Below, piece after piece: positions 1-7,995 of a stretch of 64,000 bases of DNA (position 1 is its first letter; each line of letters starts with the position of its first letter). The DNA lies in NCBI GenBank assembly GCA_035627515.1, contig DASPLQ010000012.1:327269-391268 (forward strand), written 5' to 3'. Under the pieces are notes generated by a model, which searched no databases, was not told where the DNA came from, and saw only the letters and a program-made list of their open reading frames with translations. Origin of the DNA: Vitreimonas sp. (GTDB lineage Bacteria; Patescibacteriota; Microgenomatia; UBA1400; PJMF01). A program made the position numbers and the translations under genes.

Positions 1-343
1 CATCATCAACTCCCCAGCCAGCTAAATCTCGGCCGACAAAAGTGACGATGGAGGTTTTATCAAGTTGGAAAGGGACGTCTTCGACAGCGTCAAAAAATGG
101 GTCAGTATCTAGAACTAAAGGCGGATGTTCAATCTTAATGATTAAACTAAAGTTACCGGCCAAGGCCAAACCTTTTTCTATATCAGGCAGTTCTTTAGGC
201 AGCTCTCTAGTTAAGAACTGATAAACATATGCCGCTCTGAGGATAAATTCATCTTCAGCAGTACTGATGTCACCGATGTGAGCATCTCTAAACAAATGCC
301 CCACCACCATCTCAGCAGTTTTATACGCTTCATTACTATGCAT
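1..343 (-). CDS. hypothetical protein, N-terminal ~114 codons only (3' end of gene lies beyond window start)
   Basis: Open-ended, so absent from ORF track. Reverse complement of 1-343 reads ATG (343-341) MHSNEAYKTAEMVVGHLFRDAHIGDISTAEDEF... with no stop to position 1. No family recognised. Confidence 0.35.
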   Translation of the reverse strand, partial: MHSNEAYKTAEMVVGHLFRDAHIGDISTAEDEFILRAAYVYQFLTRELPKELPDIEKGLALAGNFSLIIKIEHPPLVLDTDPFFDAVEDVPFQLDKTSIVTFVGRDLAGWGVDD

Positions 344-446
344 AGAGCAGCACCAAGGAAAATTAATAAAAATTTAACCTATATTGTTATACAACGCTTA
401 CATATAGGCTTCAACCAGAGGAAAGTCAGGCTGTAAGGAGCTTTTT

Positions 447-2255
447 TTACATTTGGTCTACGGTTTGAATTCCCAGTAACCCTAAGCCATGCTGAAGGAT
501 CATGCTCACCGCTTGGGTCAAGGCCAACCTGAAGTAAACCTGGTTTGTAACCTGGTCAGTGGTGATATCTTTGGGCAGAATGATCTCATGGTTATAAAAG
601 GTGTTATACGTTTGCGCTAAATTAAAGAGATACGTCGCCAAATGATGCGGAGCATACTCATCAGCGGCCTTTTCCACTATCTCAGAATAGATATAGATAT
701 TTCTTAAGATATCTTTTTCTGTCGGTGCCAACTCGTAACTCTCGCCCAATTGCATCACATTATTAAATAATGAATCTTTATCTATATTAATAGCTTTTTC
801 TGCCTTACTTAAAACGCTCTGAGCACGGACATAGGTATATTGAAGATAGGGGCCTGAATTGCCTTGAATGTTAGTGATTTCGTCAAAATCAAAGGCAATA
901 TCCTTGGCAGACTCACGCCGTAGATCATTCCATTTGACAGCACCCACTGCGATTTTCCAGAGGCTTTGCTCATCCAGCGGTGTTTTAGCCTGGGCTTGGA
1001 CTCGATTAAAGGCTTCTTGCAACACGTCTTCTAACCAAATCACATTCCCCTTCCGAGTGGACATCTTGCCATCTTTAAAACGGTACATACCATGCTTAAC
1101 ATGGATGCGTTGCCCAGGCTGGTACCAACCCGCCAGCTGCTCAGCCGCAAATAATTGTTGGAAATACAGCGCTTGCTCTCCCCCAACTTCATTGACAATC
1201 AAGATATCGTGTCCATAGTGGTGCAAACGGAAATAGTCAGTCGCTAAATCGCGAGTCGCGTATAAGGTCGCACCATCTTTTTTCATCACCATTAGGGGTG
1301 GGTACTGTTCATTGGGGAAGAAAATTAACTTGGCTCCCTCACTTTCTTTAATTAAACCTTTAGCTTCTAGCTCCGCAATGACGGGCGCCATCTTGTCTTC
1401 AAAAAAAGACTCACCATACCCTTTGCCTTCGTTCTCAGTAAAATTCACATCCAACAACTTATAAATGCGCTTAAATTCCTTCCACGACCACTCAATACAT
1501 TTATGCCATAATCGCCGAGCTTCCTCGTCCCCTGCCTCTAATTTTTTAAACCAAGCCCGCCCTTCATCCTCTAACGCCGGATTTTTCTCGGCTTCCTCAT
1601 GGAATTTGACGTAAAGGGCAACGAGGTCTTTGACTGGCTGAGAAGAATTGTCTAAGGCTGCTTCGTCGCCCCAGGTCTTAATCGCGTAAATTTGCTTCCC
1701 AAACTGTGTGCCCCAATCACCAAGATGATTATCTTTGTAGACTGTCCAGCCCACCGCAGACATTAAATTGGCTACCGCATCACCAATGATCGTGGATCGC
1801 AAATGACCAATCGTAAACGGCTTAGCAATATTAGGTGAGGAATACTCTACAATCGCTTTCTTGCCTTCATTTACCTGCTCAACAATCTCACCTCGTTTTT
1901 CGATCACTCGGCCCATTTCAGCCATCAGAAAGTGTTCAGAAAGGTGAAAATTAATAAAGCCAGGACCGGCTACGGTGACAGTAGTGACTAAGCTCGGCTC
2001 TGAACTTGCTTCCAACTGGTGCTGAATAGACTCTTTGATCGCTTCAGCTAATTGGCGCGGATTTTTATACTGAGGAGTGGCGTCACCAACCGGGAGCTGA
2101 GCTAGTTGCCCGATGCTGACCATCGCCACATTGCTCGCATAATCGCCATGGGTAGGATCGGCGGGGTGTTCTAAATGAATCGTAGCCGGAACAGGCAAAG
2201 TCAGATCGGTGAGTGCTTGTGTGATCAGCGTCGTTAAGTAGGTAGTAATCTTCAT
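447..2255 (-). CDS. argS: arginine--tRNA ligase (class I aaRS)
   Basis: Translation has the ArgS-type HIGH region (SSPNIAKPFTIGHLRSTIIGDAV) and the C-terminal anticodon-binding domain; length ~600 aa. Start taken at internal ATG 2255 (MKITTYL...), which has a GGAGG Shine-Dalgarno 5-10 nt upstream. The ORF-track start at 2297 is probably too long. Confidence 0.9.
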   Translation of the reverse strand: MKITTYLTTLITQALTDLTLPVPATIHLEHPADPTHGDYASNVAMVSIGQLAQLPVGDATPQYKNPRQLAEAIKESIQHQLEASSEPSLVTTVTVAGPGFINFHLSEHFLMAEMGRVIEKRGEIVEQVNEGKKAIVEYSSPNIAKPFTIGHLRSTIIGDAVANLMSAVGWTVYKDNHLGDWGTQFGKQIYAIKTWGDEAALDNSSQPVKDLVALYVKFHEEAEKNPALEDEGRAWFKKLEAGDEEARRLWHKCIEWSWKEFKRIYKLLDVNFTENEGKGYGESFFEDKMAPVIAELEAKGLIKESEGAKLIFFPNEQYPPLMVMKKDGATLYATRDLATDYFRLHHYGHDILIVNEVGGEQALYFQQLFAAEQLAGWYQPGQRIHVKHGMYRFKDGKMSTRKGNVIWLEDVLQEAFNRVQAQAKTPLDEQSLWKIAVGAVKWNDLRRESAKDIAFDFDEITNIQGNSGPYLQYTYVRAQSVLSKAEKAINIDKDSLFNNVMQLGESYELAPTEKDILRNIYIYSEIVEKAADEYAPHHLATYLFNLAQTYNTFYNHEIILPKDITTDQVTNQVYFRLALTQAVSMILQHGLGLLGIQTVDQM

Positions 2256-2299
2256 ATCCTCCTTTATATACAAAAACCCCTCCAGTCTCCAAGTCATAC

Positions 2300-2600
2300 T
2301 TAGAAACTAAAGGGGTTCTTGAGTTAATTGAGCTCAGAACGGTACCACCCTTCTTTTCTTGAATGTTACCACTCAAGACTTTTTATCCGGCGCTGTGCGC
2401 GGGACTACAGCGATGATGGGCTGTTCCCAAACTAGATTATCCCTAGTTAGCGTTCTTAGTGATCTAAGATCCCTTGGTGCGAACAAGGTCTGGACGCTTA
2501 GTAATTAGTATACCAAGGTCGTCAATAATAGGTGAGCACATTTATTTTCCGAAATAAATCCGAATTTAGCCTGGATTAAATGAGTAATTTATGTGTTCGA
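2300..2600 (-). promoter_or_regulatory. T-box riboswitch-like leader upstream of argS
   Basis: Minus-strand RNA contains AAGAAGGGUGGUACCGUUCUGAGCUC (plus 2341-2352 ggtaccaccctt). This matches the conserved T-box sequence AGGGUGGNACCG. It overlaps a terminator hairpin (GUUCUGAG...CUCAAGAAC, plus 2315-2340) followed by CCCCUUUAGUUUC. A GC hairpin (gcgcacagcgc, plus ~2390-2402) sits where Stem III is expected. A longer helix (CCUUGGU...ACCAAGG, plus 2474-2520) is followed by AAGAACGCUAAC, which carries Arg codons AGA/CGC where a specifier loop would be. Confidence 0.5.
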
Positions 2601-3121
2601 TGAATTCAGCCTCTTAGTATTAAAAACAAGATTTATATGACTAATATTTTGTACTCAAAAAGAGGCATCTGCCAGGTTATCTTCGCATTTAATTCGGAAA
2701 AATTGTTTCTCTACCCCAATGGATGACTTATAGTGTGAGTACCGACAGTAAATATGCCACCTTAGCGCTCAGAGTGTATGACAATCTGCTGTTGGAGTCA
2801 CTAAAAGACCGGTTGATGCCACCTAACGCGACTAGCTAAGTAAGCATTTTCTCGCTCGAAAATAACGTCTAGTGATTCGTTACTTGCCCCAACTGAGTAG
2901 CTATTCACTCGATATAAAGGCCCCTAATACTCATTAAATGTGCGTGTAACCAACTACTCACCTCCAGCTATTTGTGCCGCTTATTTTCATTACTCAAATT
3001 GCTAGTAGGTTGATCGCTGCTTTATTTCGTATTTTATTCGCCTTATGTCTTAACTGCCACTTGCAGCCACTTTAAAAATATGAAAAAGTAAAAAGCGATG
3101 TTCTTTAACAGATAAAACCCG

Positions 3122-3146
3122 TAAAAAACTGTGTTGTTTACACAGT
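3122..3146 (-). terminator. intrinsic terminator downstream of comEC
   Basis: Plus strand 3128-3146 actgtg-ttgttta-cacagt forms a 6-bp stem with a 7-nt loop. It is preceded on plus by AAAAAA (3123-3128), giving a U-tract after the hairpin on the minus strand. It lies 33 nt past the comEC stop. Confidence 0.5.
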
Positions 3147-3178
3147 GCTTACTTATTTAAGTGCCTAGTTAGTAGTCA

Positions 3179-4159
3179 TTAAGTATCTGACTGCGATCGC
3201 TGAGTCTCAATCCAATACTTTTCTCCATCACTTATTACTTCAACTTCTCCCTGTTGATCAGTTCTCCAGGTTACTGACCCAATAGCTTCTAAATTTTCTA
3301 AAATACTCTGGTGAGGATGACCATATCGATTGTTTTGACCGCAACTTATAATCGAATTTTCGGGTCGAATCTGTTCTAAAAAAGCTGGTGTTGAGCTAGT
3401 TTTTGATCCATGGTGCCCTACTTTTAGGATATCTATATCTGTTGTCATTCCTGTGGACTGGAGTGCTTCCTCCCCGACCATTTCAAGATCAGCTGTTAAC
3501 AATACTTTAATGTTTTTTATAGTTAATAAAAACACGATTGATCCGTCATTATATCTTTCTTCATCCCCTAGTTGCTTTTTGAGTACGTCCAATAACTGTG
3601 CTTCGGGAAAATCAGGTGAAAAAAGCTTTCGAAAATGGTCTACTGAGCTCACTTCTGCCCCTTCTACTTGAGGAGATACAACTGTTAAAGCAGTATAGGG
3701 ATTTAACCTCGCTTGATGGCCTAAAAACGGAGTTTCTACTCGCATGCTTTCTCTTTGTACTTCACTCGTGATTTTAGAACGAAAACTAACAAATTCATTT
3801 GTAGTTTTTACTTGATTAGTCAACCAAAATTTATTCACTTTATATGCATCCAAAACGTCATCAATACCCCCGATGTGATCGGCATCAGCGTGCGTAGCCA
3901 CCACTAGTTCTAACGTTCTATCCCAAAAGGGCATATTTTCTTCGAGGCAGTTTTTGACCTTGTTATCTACTCCTGCATCAATTAGTACTTGAGTAAAACG
4001 ATAGGAAATAAGAGTTGCGTCCCCTTGGCCTACGTCACAAAATACCAGATGTACATATGAATCTGGCCAGCTTTTCCAAACCACAGCGCCTAAACATACA
4101 CTGCAGAAAGTAATCAATAATAATCCATACCAGAGGAAAGCAGGTTGTTTAAACATCAA
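3179..4159 (-). CDS. comEC: ComEC/Rec2 C-terminal half: TM helix plus metallo-beta-lactamase domain
   Basis: N-terminal TM helix, then the MBL signature (VFCDVGQGDATLI ... HADADHIGG ... VGHHGSKTSS). TTG/ATG start at 4159/4156. Overlaps the upstream ORF by 11 nt in a different frame. Confidence 0.8.
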   Translation of the reverse strand: MMFKQPAFLWYGLLLITFCSVCLGAVVWKSWPDSYVHLVFCDVGQGDATLISYRFTQVLIDAGVDNKVKNCLEENMPFWDRTLELVVATHADADHIGGIDDVLDAYKVNKFWLTNQVKTTNEFVSFRSKITSEVQRESMRVETPFLGHQARLNPYTALTVVSPQVEGAEVSSVDHFRKLFSPDFPEAQLLDVLKKQLGDEERYNDGSIVFLLTIKNIKVLLTADLEMVGEEALQSTGMTTDIDILKVGHHGSKTSSTPAFLEQIRPENSIISCGQNNRYGHPHQSILENLEAIGSVTWRTDQQGEVEVISDGEKYWIETQRSQSDT

Positions 4160-5228
4160 AAAGTGAGAGCCGGGCTCTTCTCCTCTGGCGGCCTCGATAG
4201 TAACAATATCCCAGCCCGCAAATGATGTACCAGGCTAAAAAATGCCAAATGCCAAACCCATTTATTATCCATAAACTGCCCTCATATCTCCCAAGCCAAG
4301 TAGCTCCTCCTATAAAGAGTTGTAATCCTAGCCACAAAGGAATAAAAACGAGCCAATGACAGATAATCTCCACGATTGGAACGAAGTTAATAAAACTGAG
4401 GAGCATAAAGACTAAGCCGCCAATTGTTAACAGCGGAGTTAGCCATAGTAATACAGTATTGCTCACTAAACTTAAGGTGCTCAGTTCGCCAAAGTGATAA
4501 AGCACAATCGGGAGGGTCAACATTTGTGCGGCACAGGTTGTGACAAAGGCTTCGCTAAAAATAGAGCGAAGATATGAGCTCGTAGATAATAATGAAGGTG
4601 ACAATGTCTGGCCGGTACTAAGAGCCGTATACCACTGAGCACTGACTTCATTTTTGTTATTCGCCAGCGAAGTAAAAAAAATGATCCCCACACATGCTGC
4701 TGCTGAAAGTTGGTAGGAAATACTACTTATCGTTGTCCAATCACTAAGTGCTCCTACTAGTGTCACTAGTCCCAATGCCCGTAGGGGTGAGTATTGGCGT
4801 AATAAGAGTTGTCTATTAAGTAAGCTAATGATTGCCATAGTGCTAGCCCGAATAATTGAAGGTGTGAGATCAGCCATAAGGGCATAAACAGTCACTACCC
4901 CACACAAGATAACAAGCTCATAAAACCGTTCAAAACGGGTAGTAACCATACTACCGAGACTAACCATTAGGCCCACATTGAAGCCTGAAGCCGACGTCAC
5001 ATGCTGCATCCCAATAACTTTTAATGAGTGATTCAACTCTGTTTCATCTTCTCCGCTTCCGCCAAAAACCATACCATGTAAGAGCTGAGATTCAGTCGTA
5101 GAAAAGTAGCCTATAAGCGACTTGAGAAAGCGGTTTTTGATGGCGATAAGGGGATATTCGCAAATGGTTTTCCAATCATTTACCAAAAGTGTTATTAAAT
5201 ATGTATGGTTTAATAATTGATTTATCAT
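4149..5228 (-). CDS. comEC: ComEC/Rec2 N-terminal half: polytopic membrane competence domain
   Basis: Multi-TM protein with a Competence-domain-like core (GMQHVTSASGFNVGLMVSLG). Ends 11 nt inside the next ORF, which carries the MBL domain. Confidence 0.75.
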   Translation of the reverse strand: MINQLLNHTYLITLLVNDWKTICEYPLIAIKNRFLKSLIGYFSTTESQLLHGMVFGGSGEDETELNHSLKVIGMQHVTSASGFNVGLMVSLGSMVTTRFERFYELVILCGVVTVYALMADLTPSIIRASTMAIISLLNRQLLLRQYSPLRALGLVTLVGALSDWTTISSISYQLSAAACVGIIFFTSLANNKNEVSAQWYTALSTGQTLSPSLLSTSSYLRSIFSEAFVTTCAAQMLTLPIVLYHFGELSTLSLVSNTVLLWLTPLLTIGGLVFMLLSFINFVPIVEIICHWLVFIPLWLGLQLFIGGATWLGRYEGSLWIINGFGIWHFLAWYIICGLGYCYYRGRQRRRARLSLFDV

Positions 5229-5657
5229 ACTTTTTTTACTTACATTTCTCTTATCAAATTCTTGCTCTTTTCCGCCAAAAAAGGCCCAAAAGCCTTAATA
5301 TTAGAATAATTTTGATATCTTTGTGCGTAGCGGCTACTTAGAAAAAGTAGGTATGATGCCTGGAAAGCACTTTGCTTATTACCTTTTTTGTCGTTTCTTA
5401 CATTTCAAAGACATTCGGTGAACGCATCATTAACGCAAATAAAGTGATCTATATTAATAAATCATTTTCTATCAAAATACCTATTAATATCATGGTTTTT
5501 GCTTTGAAAATTTTAATTTCTAAAGATGCGAAAAGCATAGACTTATATTTATTTTGTTATTTTTTAACCTCTTCGAGACTATAATAAGCTACTACATTCG
5601 ATCTTGTACAAATAAACTCAAAAATATTAAGCCTATATTAATTACCTATAGTTTTAT

Positions 5658-6308
5658 CTATAGAGTTATTATATTTTTTATGTCATTAAAAATCCCCTCC
5701 GTTACAACCTCATTACTTAGCAATTGATTTACATCTGTGTATGGACGGTGGTCAATAATCGTCTGAGCCCGTTTTTCACCAATGCCTGGCAAAGCGTCGA
5801 GTTCATCAAGAGTAGCCGAGTTGATAGAAACAGCGCCTCCAACTGTCTTGGAAAGCGATGCATGAGGTTCTGCTGAAGTAGTTAGAGATTTTTCCTCGAG
5901 GAAAGGTATGAAAAACTTTTCCCCATCGGTGAGCTTGGTGGATAAATTTAATTTCTCGGCTACGTAACCAGTATCAGCTTGGCTACTGAAGCCACCTGCC
6001 TGGTAAATAAGCTGAGCAACCCGTGCTCCTATCTCAAGTTCATAAACACCAGGGCGCTGAACGGCACCTGAGACATCAACCCAAATTTTGCCGATCTCAC
6101 CGCGCAAAAAAACACCTTCAGATTCTGTGGGCTCAAAAGCGGCTACTACGGGAAGAGGTTGATAATTAATGCCATAAATTAAATGTAACCACCCCCCAAT
6201 AATCAGCACTAAGCCTACTATATCGAGAATGATTAAATTCCAAATCTTTTTGTCAAATTTCTTGACAATTATTAGAACTCTATTGAGTGTAGGTAGTTCA
6301 TTAAACAT
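5658..6308 (-). CDS. comEA: ComEA-like DNA-binding competence protein (N-terminal TM anchor, C-terminal helix-hairpin-helix)
   Basis: C-terminus INSATLDELDALPGIGEKRAQTIIDHRPYTDVNQL is a typical ComEA HhH motif. An N-terminal hydrophobic anchor is present. Confidence 0.75.
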   Translation of the reverse strand: MFNELPTLNRVLIIVKKFDKKIWNLIILDIVGLVLIIGGWLHLIYGINYQPLPVVAAFEPTESEGVFLRGEIGKIWVDVSGAVQRPGVYELEIGARVAQLIYQAGGFSSQADTGYVAEKLNLSTKLTDGEKFFIPFLEEKSLTTSAEPHASLSKTVGGAVSINSATLDELDALPGIGEKRAQTIIDHRPYTDVNQLLSNEVVTEGIFNDIKNIITL

Positions 6309-6376
6309 GAAGCTACTCTACCCCACCAACCTTGCATAAACTGTAGCGCGGGAGAAAGTTAACAATGTGTGAGGAA

Positions 6377-7162
6377 TTACTTATCTAGAGCACTAATCTG
6401 CTGATCACCTTCATCTCTATTTACTTCGTCTTGTGAATAAACCCGGTAAGTATTCCAGCCTTGATCACGCGGAAAGAGAGCGCTTATATCAAGTTCACGT
6501 AGAGCATTTCGAATATCAGGAATATACGTTTGAGCAATTGTCTGACGACTAACGTTAAATTCTTGACAAAGTTCCATAGGCGAAGATGAGAGAGGGTGCT
6601 TATCAATCAAAAATTTAAGCACCTTGCCAGAGGCTGGAAGCAGGTTTAATTTTTCTCCACCATAAATAAAAGCTGATAAAGATTTCCCCCGTGACAGGTA
6701 CTCAACATACACAAGACCGTAGAAAAATGGTGATAAATTTTCAACCTTTTTAACTTGACTGTTTTCTGGCAAAAAATTGGCTACATCAAGTATTTCATCA
6801 TCACTCTCGCCTACTTCATCTTCTATATCAGAAAAAAGAGTCATCTCGCTCCCTATGACTAATAAATAGAGATTGAGAGCTAAACAGACTTCGTATTCTG
6901 CCTTAAAATCAGCTTCACTCATGCGATCGATATTTCTTTTGAGAGTAATTAGACGTTGCTTAAGGTTGCTTGCGATACTTAATAACTCATCGCTACTAAC
7001 ATCTGAAAAATCACTTACATCATAAACATCACCCACATCACCTAAAAAAGCCTTTGCTACTCGAGAACTTAGTTTCAGGAGCGGCTCATTACTGATCATG
7101 CCCTCTAAAAAAGTGGTGTAATGGCGTTCAAGATATTCGTGGTGTTCAGGTAAAAAAGACAT
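6377..7162 (-). CDS. hypothetical acidic protein; C-terminal region resembles an OmpR/PhoB-type winged helix (Trans_reg_C-like)
   Basis: Tightly packed between leuS and comEA on the same strand. C-terminus ...LLPASGKVLKFLIDKHP...SRQTIAQTYIPDIRNALREL...GWNTYRVY follows the winged-helix pattern ending G-[WY]-x-Y-R-[LV]. No receiver domain. Confidence 0.5.
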   Translation of the reverse strand: MSFLPEHHEYLERHYTTFLEGMISNEPLLKLSSRVAKAFLGDVGDVYDVSDFSDVSSDELLSIASNLKQRLITLKRNIDRMSEADFKAEYEVCLALNLYLLVIGSEMTLFSDIEDEVGESDDEILDVANFLPENSQVKKVENLSPFFYGLVYVEYLSRGKSLSAFIYGGEKLNLLPASGKVLKFLIDKHPLSSSPMELCQEFNVSRQTIAQTYIPDIRNALRELDISALFPRDQGWNTYRVYSQDEVNRDEGDQQISALDK

Positions 7163-7169
7163 ACACTGG

Positions 7170-7889
7170 TTATAGAGAATCCTGATTTGGCGTTATTTTT
7201 TGCAATCGATAGCCACCGTTATGCCCCGGGCGTGGTTCATGAAAAACGAGCTCCAAATTGATCTGGGATAAGATGCGATTAAAGCGGGTAGCAAACTCCT
7301 CAAGACTTTCTTCATGGCCTAATAGACTGGGATAGTTTTCAAATTGGCTGAGAAAAAACATGCTGGTGGGAAATAACAGGTAATCAGTTAACTCAAATAG
7401 CAGCGCATGCTCTTGGATGGTCAAACTTAATCGATCTTCTCCTAGATAAAAAGCTTGTTCGCGCTGATGGTAACGCAAACTTGGATGAATCTGCTCAAAA
7501 CTAATCCAGGCGTTATAAGCCCTGACTTGCTGCTCCCAATTTTTTGTTTCTCTTGACTTATCAGCTAAGACATATGAGCGGCTCCGACCAGGTTTGATAA
7601 CTAACGACACGTTCATGAGTTCAAAGAGCTTGTTTAAACTTGTTACCACATCTCTCAATATTGTCTTCCCCTCTATCAAGGCTGTCAGGTCTTTATCGGG
7701 CAAGGTCTTTTTGCTCATGAGACTCAACAAAACTCGCTCTTGATCAGGGGTTAAACGGAAAGTTTTGGCTTCATAAGAATAGGTGCGGCTGGCTAGTTCA
7801 TAGTTCCAACCGGCAAACTGTTCTAAAATAGCTTGCGGATACTCTGGGTATGATTTTTTTTCGGTTTCCATAGTCCTATATTCTACCAT
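7170..7889 (-). CDS. hypothetical protein; central region resembles an OmpR/PhoB-type winged helix
   Basis: FRLTPDQERVLLSLMSKKTLPDKDLTALIEGKT...RDVVTSLNKLFELMNVSLVIKPGRSRSYVL resembles the Trans_reg_C pattern. The C-terminus has a second RPGHNGGYRL motif. Sits 8 nt from the downstream paralog-like ORF. Confidence 0.5.
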   Translation of the reverse strand: MVEYRTMETEKKSYPEYPQAILEQFAGWNYELASRTYSYEAKTFRLTPDQERVLLSLMSKKTLPDKDLTALIEGKTILRDVVTSLNKLFELMNVSLVIKPGRSRSYVLADKSRETKNWEQQVRAYNAWISFEQIHPSLRYHQREQAFYLGEDRLSLTIQEHALLFELTDYLLFPTSMFFLSQFENYPSLLGHEESLEEFATRFNRILSQINLELVFHEPRPGHNGGYRLQKITPNQDSL

Positions 7890-7995
7890 ACTTACTCATT
7901 AAATGTGTATGTATCATGCGTCGTGGAAGTGTTCTGACCACTAAAAAGGAGGGCATTCGGCCCTCCTTTAAGCGTTGTCTCGATAAATGGGACTG

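Noticed and set aside
868-1218. 116-aa plus-strand ORF inside argS
   Set aside because: Antisense to a well-supported argS reading frame; Ser/Cys-rich junk translation.
2083-2376. 97-aa minus-strand ORF spanning the argS start and the T-box region
   Set aside because: It is out of frame with argS and covers the predicted leader terminator and antiterminator. The RNA-element explanation is preferred.
2590-2612. gtgttcgatgaattc resembling a tRNA T-arm (GTTCGAT)
   Set aside because: No acceptor, D or anticodon stems can be built around it. No other tRNA-like cloverleaf was found in any intergenic region.
5270-5296. aaggc-ttttgg-gcctt hairpin plus U-tract on the minus strand as the comEA terminator
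   Set aside because: Only a 5-bp stem and ~360 nt downstream of the comEA stop, inside the AT-rich comEC upstream region. Too weak to call.
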